This document shows positions 17,120 through 24,942 of a stretch of 26,682 nucleotides of DNA, in pieces; positions within the stretch are counted from its first letter, which is position 1; every line of letters starts with the position of its first letter. Made by a program: the position numbers and the translations under genes. Below the pieces are notes generated by a model. The model had not been told where the DNA came from, did no database searches, and saw nothing but the letters and a program-made list of their open reading frames with translations. Origin of the DNA: Candidatus Aenigmatarchaeota archaeon (lineage in GTDB: Archaea > Aenigmatarchaeota > Aenigmatarchaeia > QMZP01); contig JADHYO010000011.1 of NCBI GenBank assembly GCA_016782405.1, positions 1-26,682 of the forward strand, given 5' to 3'.

Positions 17120-18025
17120 ATGGCAACAGCAATCGCCGTAGCGTTGATAATTTTCGTCATTCTTGCAGGTATTACAATCTTCCCTGTGGTTGGAGTGGCG
17201 CTGCAGGTATTAACTGGAATCCTTACGTTCTTCTCCTTTATATTCATCCTAGCTGGGCTGAGGATAATCAAGCAGTATGAACGTGGGGTTAGGCTGAGGC
17301 TTGGGAACTTTATGGATGTGATGCAACCAGGGTTGAAGTGGATTATTCCTGGGGTTGATTCAGTTGGCAGGATGGACATCCGCCAGCGGACAATTGACAT
17401 GGAGCCGCAGGAGGTGCTGAGCAAGGACAATGTTAATCTTAAGATTGATGGGGTTGTGTTTTATACTGTTGAGGAGCCTGACAAGGCAATACTGCATGTT
17501 GAGAACATCAGGAACCAGCTAATTGCTAAAGCCACTTCTGAATTGAAGGAGATTATTGGGAGCAAGACAATGCAGGAGTCACTGACCCAGCGCGAGGAAA
17601 TTGGGGACCAGCTAAAGGAGAAGCTAAACGATGCTGTTAAGGACCTTGAGACCCGCGGGGAAAAGAGAAAGGATTGGGGTGTGGAAATAAAGGCTGTACA
17701 AATCAACAATGTCATCCTACCTCATGAACTTACCAGGGCAATGGCCAAGCAGGCTGAGGCTGAGAGGGAGAAGATTGCCCGCGTTATTAAGGCTGAAGGT
17801 GAGTTTGAAGCTTCCAAGAAGCTGAAGGAAGCGTCTATTATGTTCAAAGGGAATCCAAGTGCGCTGCGGCTTCGTGAGCTGCAGACTTACCAGGAGATTG
17901 GTGCAGAGCAGAACAGCCTTATTATTGTTGTTCCTGATTCAATGACATCTGGGGATGGAAAATGGACAATTCCACTTGGGAAGGAGCTTCTCGACAAGAC
18001 AGCGAAGAAGAATTCAAGGAAGTGA
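17120..18025 (+). CDS. SPFH/band-7 (stomatin/prohibitin-like) membrane protein
   Basis: Two N-terminal TM helices followed by RIIKQYERGVRLRLGNF and the SPFH core, then a coiled-coil C-terminus AEAEREKIARVIKAEGEFEASKKL. Confidence 0.8.
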   Translation: MATAIAVALIIFVILAGITIFPVVGVALQVLTGILTFFSFIFILAGLRIIKQYERGVRLRLGNFMDVMQPGLKWIIPGVDSVGRMDIRQRTIDMEPQEVLSKDNVNLKIDGVVFYTVEEPDKAILHVENIRNQLIAKATSELKEIIGSKTMQESLTQREEIGDQLKEKLNDAVKDLETRGEKRKDWGVEIKAVQINNVILPHELTRAMAKQAEAEREKIARVIKAEGEFEASKKLKEASIMFKGNPSALRLRELQTYQEIGAEQNSLIIVVPDSMTSGDGKWTIPLGKELLDKTAKKNSRK

Positions 18026-18067
18026 CATTAAAACAAGCAAAGACAAAAGATTATTTATTGGTGACAT

Positions 18068-19309
18068 ATGAGTTTTAGATCATTAGGAATATGCGAGCCT
18101 GTTCTAAAGGCTATTGAAGAGGAGAAGTTTGAGAAGCCAAGCTCTATCCAGATTAAGACAATTCCCTTGGTAGTGAAGGGAAAGGATGTGATTGCTGAGT
18201 CTTCTACAGGCTCGGGGAAGACATTGGCTTTTGGTTCTGGGATTATCCAGAGGGCAGAGCGTGGGAAGGGAATTCAGGCGCTTGTTCTGACTCCTACCAG
18301 GGAATTGGCAGAGCAGGAGACCCGAGCTCTTCGGATGTTCTCACGTTACAAGCATTTGGAGGTCATGTCAATCTATGGTGGGGTTTCAATAAACCCACAG
18401 ATTGAGAAGCTCAGGACTGTTGATGTTGTTGTTGGGACACCGGGAAGGATACTGGACCACATTGGCCGTAGGACAATAAGGCTTGCTGATGTGAAAGTCA
18501 TGGTTTTGGATGAGGCTGACCGCATGCTTGACATGGGATTTATTGACGATGTAGAGCGCATTATCAGTGAGTGCCCGAAAGAAAGGCAAACCCTGCTGTT
18601 CTCTGCAACTGTCCCTTTTGAGGTGGAAAGGTTGGCAAAGCGGTATATGCGCGACCCTGTCCGCGTTTCGGCAGAGTCGCAGGTTGACCCAAGGAAGCTT
18701 CACCAGGTTTATTACGATGTTGATCAGGGGATGAAATTCTCCTTGCTTGTACATCTCCTCAAGCACGAGGAGTCGGGGTTGGTTATGGTGTTTTGCAATT
18801 CCCGGAGGAACACAGACTTTGTTGCAAACAACCTGAAGGCCTCGGGTGTGGAGGCGGAGGCTATTCATGGGGGCCTTACTCAGGACCGTAGAACCCGTAT
18901 AATGGACAGATTCCATTCAAAGAGTGTCTACGTTCTTGTATGTACTGACGTGGCTTCCAGGGGGCTGGACATTCAGGGGGTTTCGCACATATACAATTAT
19001 GATATTCCTTCAGAGAGCAAGCAATACATCCATCGCATCGGCCGAACGGCGCGTGCAGGAAAAGAAGGGAAGGCAATAAACCTGCTCTGCCCAAAGGACT
19101 TTGAGAACTTCACTCGGGTTTTACATGATTTCAATGTTGATGTCACCAAGGAAAAGAGACCTTACATTAAGAGGGCTGAAATCCGCTGGCGCGATCCCAG
19201 CAGCCACAGCAGCGGACCCAGCCGCTACGGCAGCGGGCCAAGGCGCGGCCCAAGCAGGGGTTCCAGCAGGGGCCCCAGCCGAGGTGGGCATAGAAGGCAC
19301 TCAAGGTGA
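18068..19309 (+). CDS. DEAD-box ATP-dependent RNA helicase with Arg/Gly/Ser-rich C-terminal tail
   Basis: Q motif FEKPSSIQ, motif I ESSTGSGKT, Ia PTRELA, Ib GTPGRI, II VLDEADRM(LDMGF), III SAT, VI HRIGRTARAG. Tail SGPSRYGSGPRRGPSRGSSRGPSRGGHRRHSR. Confidence 0.85.
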   Translation: MSFRSLGICEPVLKAIEEEKFEKPSSIQIKTIPLVVKGKDVIAESSTGSGKTLAFGSGIIQRAERGKGIQALVLTPTRELAEQETRALRMFSRYKHLEVMSIYGGVSINPQIEKLRTVDVVVGTPGRILDHIGRRTIRLADVKVMVLDEADRMLDMGFIDDVERIISECPKERQTLLFSATVPFEVERLAKRYMRDPVRVSAESQVDPRKLHQVYYDVDQGMKFSLLVHLLKHEESGLVMVFCNSRRNTDFVANNLKASGVEAEAIHGGLTQDRRTRIMDRFHSKSVYVLVCTDVASRGLDIQGVSHIYNYDIPSESKQYIHRIGRTARAGKEGKAINLLCPKDFENFTRVLHDFNVDVTKEKRPYIKRAEIRWRDPSSHSSGPSRYGSGPRRGPSRGSSRGPSRGGHRRHSR

Positions 19310-19374
19310 CTGAGCCCTCTAAGTTGACAAAACAAAGACAAGGGCAGTTTCCTGCCACATGTCCTGAAGCCTTT

Positions 19375-19878
19375 TCATTCTCGAAGAAAGCTCTCTGCAA
19401 ATTCCCTGAAGGATCCTCTCTTCCCCTTGCGGAATTCTATGTATTTGTCTTTAAGGGGTTCCCCCCTGAGAGAATGTTTGAAGAATTTGGGATCAAATTC
19501 CATGCCCAGTGCGAGAAGCCTTCCGTACAGGGAAACATCGCCGTCACTTTTCATCCAACAGTTCAGCATGAAAGCAATTTCGTTGTATTCATCTCTACCA
19601 AAGATGTTGGTATGTTCTAGCGTGAACTCCCAAAACTTGGTGTCAACCTCTTCTGGTATTGGGCTGTATGGAAGTATTTCCAGGTACCCATGCTTCTTGA
19701 TTGACTCCAACAGTGGGGCTGGCTTCTCTGTCTCTTTTTCCATCTCTGGCGAGATGATGTTCCACATGCTGTCTACTACCCAGTTCTTCTCCCTCCGATA
19801 TTCCTTGCACTTTGTGAAAAGCGCCAAACCAAGAGAGAAAACAACCACTAAAGTAATAACTGTGTATTTCATGATCAT
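19375..19878 (-). CDS. Hypothetical N-terminally membrane-anchored protein
   Basis: N-terminal TM/signal anchor YTVITLVVVFSLGLALF. Start overlaps the upstream ORF stop (ATGA). No family recognised. Confidence 0.4.
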   Translation of the reverse strand: MIMKYTVITLVVVFSLGLALFTKCKEYRREKNWVVDSMWNIISPEMEKETEKPAPLLESIKKHGYLEILPYSPIPEEVDTKFWEFTLEHTNIFGRDEYNEIAFMLNCWMKSDGDVSLYGRLLALGMEFDPKFFKHSLRGEPLKDKYIEFRKGKRGSFREFAESFLRE

Positions 19879-20618
19879 ACGTCCTTATCAACCTCAAAAC
19901 CCCCGCTTTCGGCATCAATAAGAAGTCTCCTGAATGCACTTGTCAGCGGAGGCTCTCTATCAGTTAAAGTCTTCCATGCGTTTTGTGCTGCCTCTGCTGC
20001 ACAAACATAGTTGTCGTGCATTTTTTCACCGTATTCTTGGTTCGCTCCCCGGATCTCCCTGCGGCAATCCCTGTCGATAGTGTTCAGCTTATTGAACATG
20101 AACACTGTCTTGAAGTAGGTGAACACCATGCTGCACCCCAGCGCGAATGCAATGGAAGCGTTGTCCGCGTTCACTTTGTCCGCAAGGTAATGCTCCAGGA
20201 AAGGGAAGATTGCCTTTACAATGAAATAACCGATGCCAGCAAACATGACAAGGTGGAACCCTGTCTTCAGCCAGACACCTAATTTTTCCTTTTGACCAAT
20301 CCTCTCCATTGATGCCTGCCTTTTTTTCTTGGCTGCTTCAACCGCTTCCCAGAAGATTCGCTTCCTTCGGTACATACCATTGCTGAATTCCAGGGCAATC
20401 CTCATTATACTTTCCAGGTATTGCCTGCCATTGCTACCTTCTGGGAATTTCATGATAAAGGCCTGGAAAGCTTGCACAGCTGTGGCAGCTGCTCTTTTCC
20501 CCTCCGTTTCTTCGTCCCGATCAGCAATGAAGATACATTTCCCCACGTCAATCACAGAGGTTGGGGAAATGCAGCTTGCAGGTGCTTGTTCGTGTTCTGT
20601 TAGGAATGATTCTGTCAT
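19875..20618 (-). CDS. Hypothetical membrane protein (soluble N-domain + two TM helices)
   Basis: Central hydrophobic pair VWLKTGFHLVMFAGIGYFIVKAIFPF / SIAFALGCSMVFTYFKTVFMF. No family recognised. Confidence 0.4.
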   Translation of the reverse strand: MTESFLTEHEQAPASCISPTSVIDVGKCIFIADRDEETEGKRAAATAVQAFQAFIMKFPEGSNGRQYLESIMRIALEFSNGMYRRKRIFWEAVEAAKKKRQASMERIGQKEKLGVWLKTGFHLVMFAGIGYFIVKAIFPFLEHYLADKVNADNASIAFALGCSMVFTYFKTVFMFNKLNTIDRDCRREIRGANQEYGEKMHDNYVCAAEAAQNAWKTLTDREPPLTSAFRRLLIDAESGGFEVDKDV

Positions 20619-20620
20619 CT

Positions 20621-21040
20621 CTATCTCCCCGTGTTCTGCGTTTTCGTTTCATCATCATCACTTTTTGATGACTGTGGGCGGTTTTCCTTTATCCAGGACT
20701 GGATTATCTGGATCACCTTCTTGGTCGCTTCTTTGTGGACCTCCTCTGCATTGCTGCCCCCGGGTACAAGGACCCAGTCCTCCGCGAACTCTGAGACAGC
20801 TTCGCTGTTGATTTTCCCTTCATGAACTTCTGGGAAGATGTTCTTCTGGTAGTCCATGTAGGACTGGGAGTTCGAGTTTGGATCAAGTTGCAGTTCCTTG
20901 CAAATTTTGGCCCACAGATTGCGCTCGTCTGTGCCGTATCTATGGGCCGGTATCACCTCGCCAAAGACAGACCACCCACAGATCAATAAAAGAATCACTA
21001 TAGAAGCATAAAGAATCCATTCAGCATGCTTAGCCTTCAT
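20621..21040 (-). CDS. Small N-terminally anchored protein, paralog A of a tandem pair
   Basis: TM anchor WILYASIVILLLICGW. Conserved block IFPEVHEGKINSEAVSEF...AEEVHKEATKKVIQIIQSWIKENRPQ shared with the next gene. Confidence 0.5.
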   Translation of the reverse strand: MKAKHAEWILYASIVILLLICGWSVFGEVIPAHRYGTDERNLWAKICKELQLDPNSNSQSYMDYQKNIFPEVHEGKINSEAVSEFAEDWVLVPGGSNAEEVHKEATKKVIQIIQSWIKENRPQSSKSDDDETKTQNTGR

Positions 21041-21070
21041 TTCACTTCTCCTGCAAAGGTTATGTTGCGT

Positions 21071-21481
21071 TTATCCCATAATACCCCGTGTTTTCACACC
21101 GTCATCATGTTTTTGCGTCTGCGGGCGGTTTTCCTTTATCCAGGCCTGTATTATCTGGATCATCTTCTTGATCGCTTCTTTGTGGACCTCCTCCGGCGTT
21201 TTGTCCTCGGGGACAACAGCAAACTTCTTCGCGAAGGATTTGACAGCTTCGCTGTTGGTTTTGCCTCCATGAATTTCTGGGAAGATTTTGTTGTAATAGT
21301 TTGCGTAAGCTGGCTTACTTTGCTCGAAGCTTACCCCATTACAAAGATCGAGCCAGAGATAGTCCATATCTGCTTGGTATTCCAACTTTGGAATAACCAC
21401 ACAGAAGATGAGCCATAAAAAAGTCGATAGAAGTACTACTGCAACAGTCATAAGAAACCGTTCAGCGGGCGCGAATTTCAT
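21071..21481 (-). CDS. Small N-terminally anchored protein, paralog B (ORF track extends to 21538; Met at 21481 matches paralog A N-terminus)
   Basis: MKFAPAERFLMTVAVVLLSTFLW anchor. IFPEIHGGKTNSEAVKSFA...PEEVHKEAIKKMIQIIQAWIKENRPQ. The C-terminal coding halves share ~85% nucleotide identity. Confidence 0.5.
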   Translation of the reverse strand: MKFAPAERFLMTVAVVLLSTFLWLIFCVVIPKLEYQADMDYLWLDLCNGVSFEQSKPAYANYYNKIFPEIHGGKTNSEAVKSFAKKFAVVPEDKTPEEVHKEAIKKMIQIIQAWIKENRPQTQKHDDGVKTRGIMG

Positions 21482-21585
21482 TTCACTTCTCCTGATAAAG
21501 GTTCTGCTAGAAATATTTCCTACCCAAGTCTTTTGCATTCAGCAAGGACCTGGAATTTACGCACGAAAGTCATTGATTGAGCATG

Positions 21586-21616
21586 AACGCTTGGTAGCGA
21601 TTTGCTATTAGTTGGA
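21586..21616 (+). repeat. Degenerate copy (A0) of the cassette-boundary repeat
   Basis: GAACGCTTGGTAGCGATTTGCTATTAGTTGG versus core CGCCCTTGGCAATGTATGCTATAAAG, roughly 65% identity. Same orientation as the other copies. Confidence 0.3.
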
Positions 21617-21681
21617 GGCAAGGAATTTAAGGGTTTTTGGAGCCTGGAATAATAATATAATGTCTCCATCTAAAATATTGT

Positions 21682-22206
21682 ATGATTGAGCTGGAAAGGA
21701 CTTTTCTTGCCAAAGCTGTTCCCGCGGGAATTGAGAAATACAAGTCAAAGGAGATTGTTGATGTGTATATTCCTGCTTCCCATCCGCATCCCACTCTGAG
21801 GATTCGTAAGGAAGGAGATAAATTTTTCCTGACAAAGAAACAGCCTGTTGCAGGGGACGCTTCTGAGCAGAAGGAGCAGACAGTTGAACTTAGCAGGGAG
21901 GAGTTTGAAACGCTTTCTTCGGTTCCTGGGAAAGTTGTCCAGAAGATACGTTTCTATTATCCTTTTGAGGGGAGAACAGCAGAGATTGACGTGTTCCAAG
22001 GCCAACTCAGGGGGCTTGTCCTTGTTGACTTTGAATTCTCCACTCCAGAAGATAAGGCTGCGTTTACCCGGCCGGATTTTTGCCTAGCAGACGTTACCCA
22101 AGAGGAATTCATTGCCGGAGGCAAGCTATGCGGGAAGTGTTACAAAGACATAGAGAGTCAGCTTCAGTGGTTTGGGTATACGAAGCTTGAGGTTTGTGGG
22201 AAGTGA
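21682..22206 (+). CDS. CYTH-domain protein (triphosphate tunnel metalloenzyme; CyaB/thiamine-triphosphatase-like)
   Basis: N-terminal MIELERTFL (ExExK signature). TLRIRKEGDKFFLTKK, plus later acidic and basic beta-strand pairs (ELSREEFE, RFYYPFEGRTAEIDVF). Confidence 0.65.
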   Translation: MIELERTFLAKAVPAGIEKYKSKEIVDVYIPASHPHPTLRIRKEGDKFFLTKKQPVAGDASEQKEQTVELSREEFETLSSVPGKVVQKIRFYYPFEGRTAEIDVFQGQLRGLVLVDFEFSTPEDKAAFTRPDFCLADVTQEEFIAGGKLCGKCYKDIESQLQWFGYTKLEVCGK

Positions 22207-22281
22207 GCTTGCGGTGTTGGCGGCAGTGTCCTGGCAGAATTAATCGTGCAGACTGCCCTTGGCGATGTCTGCTATAAGATG
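22201..22281 (+). repeat. Cassette-boundary repeat copy A (extended form with upstream AGTGAGCTTGCGG element)
   Basis: …AGTGAGCTTGCGG…GGCAG…TAATCGTGCAGACTGCCCTTGGCGATGTCTGCTATAAGATG. Aligns with copies B, D and E. Confidence 0.6.
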
Positions 22282-22436
22282 TTCTATGAGAGTTTTATGG
22301 CATTATATGGGTGCTATATGATATAAAATTCAGAACACACTAAAACACCCTGAAAGGGGGTGTGGGATTGGGTGTTATTTATGCCATATAAATTATATAA
22401 TATTATACGGTGTTATATGATGGTATATAACAGTAT

Positions 22437-22886
22437 GTGATGGATATGATAAAAGAACTCAAAATTACAGATGAAAAGTTGCAAAATGTGGGATTGAGAC
22501 CTTTAATAACAGCAGTCATGATGGAAAACAGTTTCAAAAAGGGGTTTGTTAGAAACAACAGTGATGGGAGTGTGTCTGTTTTTGCTGAAGATACAAATGA
22601 TTTAGAGAAACTAAAGGATGCTTTAAACCAAGAAATTGAGAAAGAGGCACATAAATCTTATTCCAACATTTCAAAAGATTTTAAGCTTTCAGATTGGGCT
22701 GACCCGAACCCACATCCTCCTGAACTCATGGATTTGTCTAGTAATTTCAATGATATGTTAAACTTAAGACAGGTGACTAAAGGTGCAAGTGTCATGCAAA
22801 ATGGGTTTGAAAATACAATAAAAATACTTAATGAATTACCAGAAAATATAGCAAAAGCAATTGAAAAGACCAACTCTAAAAAATAG
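22437..22886 (+). CDS. Acylphosphatase-like domain protein (divergent), AT-rich cassette gene
   Basis: VGLRPLITAVMMENSFKKGFVRNNSDGSVSVFAEDTNDLEKLKDAL resembles the ACYP/HypF-N signature V.GVGFR..v...A...L.G.V.N..DGSVei.aeG. Much lower GC than neighbours. Start is GTG 22437 or ATG 22440. Confidence 0.35.
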   Translation: MMDMIKELKITDEKLQNVGLRPLITAVMMENSFKKGFVRNNSDGSVSVFAEDTNDLEKLKDALNQEIEKEAHKSYSNISKDFKLSDWADPNPHPPELMDLSSNFNDMLNLRQVTKGASVMQNGFENTIKILNELPENIAKAIEKTNSKK

Positions 22887-22930
22887 CCAATATTCTAACC
22901 ATAAATTTATCAGGCTTTAAGGGTAAAGCC

Positions 22931-22997
22931 AGCGGGCGCGAGCTTCGCGAAAAGTGAGCCTGCTGCCTTGGCTACAGTGTTCTGGCATATAAATAAT
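22931..22997 (+). repeat. Cassette-boundary repeat copy A' (shortened; with CGCGA-GCT-TCGCG hairpin and AAGTGAGC element)
   Basis: CGCGAGCTTCGCGAAAAGTGAGCCTGCTGCCTTGGCTACAGTGTTCTGGCATATAAATAA. Same orientation. Confidence 0.5.
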
Positions 22998-23014
22998 ACG
23001 TCAGGAAATCAGCG

Positions 23015-23566
23015 TCAGGCGCAGCTCTTTCCTGGGTCACTTGGATAATCACCCATGTTGAGAACCCTGCCTTTGGGGAGGGCTTCAAAACTGCCTGTTT
23101 TCATGTCAATATAAACACAGCCACCATAACCAGGCCACCCCACTTCCTCCTCGAGGCTGAATTCCTCTTTCATGACATATGAAGGGAGCTCTGACGCAAT
23201 CTCATAATGGCTCACCACAATCACGTTTTTCCTGCCCAGCCCCTTAATCATACTGTAAAGGCGCTCAAAATCATTATCAAAAGCCCCTTGGATGGGCCAG
23301 AGGTAGGGCTCGAACTCTATATCCCCCACATCGCAGTTAACATAAGGTGAAATTATTATTGAGCTGTTGCGGCAGCGCGTTGCTGTTGATGAAATTATGT
23401 GGACAGGCTCCAGCTCAAGCACTTCGCCTATGGCGAGGCCTATCTTTTCCATTTGTTTCTTGCCGTTTTCACTCAGCCACTCATCCACATCCTTGTCCCT
23501 TTCCCCGTGCTGAACAACAAACAGGCGCTCAAGCTTCTGGTCCATATTTGTTCTTTGGAGAGACAC
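23015..23566 (-). CDS. Histidine-phosphatase superfamily protein (SixA/phosphoglycerate-mutase-like)
   Basis: RHG catalytic motif in LFVVQHGERD. Second catalytic His in VIVVSHYEIASEL. Likely start at the Met at 23545 (MDQKLERLFVVQHGER). Confidence 0.6.
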   Translation of the reverse strand: MSLQRTNMDQKLERLFVVQHGERDKDVDEWLSENGKKQMEKIGLAIGEVLELEPVHIISSTATRCRNSSIIISPYVNCDVGDIEFEPYLWPIQGAFDNDFERLYSMIKGLGRKNVIVVSHYEIASELPSYVMKEEFSLEEEVGWPGYGGCVYIDMKTGSFEALPKGRVLNMGDYPSDPGKSCA

Positions 23567-23583
23567 TTAAAAAGTGTTATTTT

Positions 23584-23676
23584 GCGTGAGCTTCACGACA
23601 GGCGCGGCAGCTTTCCCTAGCCAATCTTTCTTAGTCATATAGCCCACCCTTGGCAGCGCCTGCGGCAGAGGACTGC
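23584..23676 (+). repeat. Cassette-boundary repeat copy B (extended form with CGTGA-GCT-TCACG hairpin)
   Basis: CGTGAGCTTCACGACAGGCGCGGCAG…TTTCTTAGTCATATAGCCCACCCTTGGCAGCGCCTGCGGCAGAGGACTGCA. Confidence 0.6.
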
Positions 23677-23677
23677 A

Positions 23678-24049
23678 TTACCCCATCTGCTTCAAACTAA
23701 TTGGCTTGACTAGCGGTAGAACAATCACTTCCTTTTCTATCACTGGCCTTACTTCCCTTCCGGTTTTCTCAAGCTCCACTACCCCGAATTTCTCAAGTGC
23801 CTTGAGGTCCCTCTCAATTGCAGGGAGTGCCCTCTTCAGTGATGTTGCCAATTCTGACATGGTTTTCGGCTTCTTTTCTTTAATTGCTTCAATGAGCTCT
23901 ATCCTCCTTCTTGTGAATATCTGTGTGAGCTCTTCCTTGGAAAGAGCCAATAGCAGGACATTGTCCGGGGTTTTTTCAGGGTGCCTCACACTTTCCCTGA
24001 TGTAGCCCATGACACTTTCCCACCGCTCATCAGTCATCTTGTATGCCAT
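23678..24049 (-). CDS. Winged-helix transcriptional regulator (ArsR/MarR-like), second gene of a two-gene cassette
   Basis: HTH core TMSELATSLKRALPAIERDLKALEKFGVVE. A 12-nt gap separates it from the upstream 104-aa ORF. Confidence 0.5.
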   Translation of the reverse strand: MAYKMTDERWESVMGYIRESVRHPEKTPDNVLLLALSKEELTQIFTRRRIELIEAIKEKKPKTMSELATSLKRALPAIERDLKALEKFGVVELEKTGREVRPVIEKEVIVLPLVKPISLKQMG

Positions 24050-24061
24050 TTTTTCACCTCC

Positions 24062-24376
24062 TTACTTCAAACTTGTTTTCTGAATGTAATAGCTTCTGTA
24101 CCGCTCGAAGCTTTCTTTCACCTGTTTCATATAAAACTCAAATGCGTAATCCAGGGATGTGTGCTGTATCAGGGGGATGGGCTCTGGCGACAGCCAAAAT
24201 CTCTGCTCATGCAGATACCCATGTGCGTTGTCCACCCTGTATACTTGATGCCACATTCCTTCTATCATGCATCTGAGGTTGATTACAAAGCTATCCACCC
24301 CACATTTCTCGATAACTATCTCCACATCGAGAATGTATTCTCCTGTCAGGGGAATTTTGAAACGCTTCTTCTTCAT
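24062..24376 (-). CDS. Hypothetical 104-aa protein paired with the wHTH regulator (toxin-antitoxin-like two-gene cassette candidate)
   Basis: ORF with good coding texture. No motif recognised. Tight linkage to the HTH gene. Confidence 0.4.
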   Translation of the reverse strand: MKKKRFKIPLTGEYILDVEIVIEKCGVDSFVINLRCMIEGMWHQVYRVDNAHGYLHEQRFWLSPEPIPLIQHTSLDYAFEFYMKQVKESFERYRSYYIQKTSLK

Positions 24377-24491
24377 GCAGCCATTATGGTTAACATATTA
24401 GGTTAAGTATTTAAATAGTTAACGGTATGTGTTAAGTTTTCAGCCTTCCTTGCGCTGCTCTGGTTCACATCATAAATTTCCACAGCAAGGG

Positions 24492-24544
24492 TTTCTTAGT
24501 CATACAGGCCGCCCTTGGCAATATCTGCGACAGGGACCGCAGAG
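24492..24544 (+). repeat. Cassette-boundary repeat copy C
   Basis: TTTCTTAGTCATACAGGCCGCCCTTGGCAATATCTGCGACAGGGACCGCAGAG. About 80% identical to copy B over 53 bp. Contains the inverted repeat CTGCG-N8-CGCAG. Confidence 0.65.
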
Positions 24545-24546
24545 AA

Positions 24547-24879
24547 TTAAACGCTATGCTGCACAGTTATTGGTGCTTCCTGCCTATCTGCAGCTGTTGT
24601 TATCAGCTGCTTCTCCAACCTGAACAACTCCTCCACCAACGGGTTGCCTCGGTTAATCTGGTAGAGTTTTGCCTTCCCGAATTTCCTTGAAATCTTTACA
24701 ATGCCAAACCCTTCCAGGCGGTCCCAGTGCTTGTAGAATGTGGCCTTGCTCATGCCTGTTTCTTCTATGATTTCCTTTTTGCTGAAGTCAAACAGCTTGT
24801 TATCAAGGAAAAAGTCTATTATTCTCATCTCTGGGGAACTGCCCAGCATCTCCAACAGGAGGGATTTCTCTTTGTTCAT
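24547..24879 (-). CDS. Winged-helix transcriptional regulator (TrmB/ArsR-like)
   Basis: FSKKEIIEETGMSKATFYKHWDRLEGFGIVKISRKFGKAKLYQIN is a classic archaeal wHTH. Confidence 0.6.
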   Translation of the reverse strand: MNKEKSLLLEMLGSSPEMRIIDFFLDNKLFDFSKKEIIEETGMSKATFYKHWDRLEGFGIVKISRKFGKAKLYQINRGNPLVEELFRLEKQLITTAADRQEAPITVQHSV

Positions 24880-24942
24880 AGTAATACCATTATAACACCG
24901 CTATAACACCACTATAACTAACTTAGCAAGTAAAGTATTTAA

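Noticed and set aside
18386-18916. 176-aa minus-strand ORF inside the DEAD-box helicase gene
   Set aside because: Antisense to a gene with all helicase motifs in order. Shadow ORF.
21465-22940. Shared 12-mer CAGCGGGCGCGA at 21465 (inside paralog-B coding region) and 22929 (next to repeat A')
   Set aside because: It is a single short match, and one copy is within a coding sequence. It could be a chance GC-rich coincidence or a recombination scar, and I cannot distinguish these from the sequence alone.
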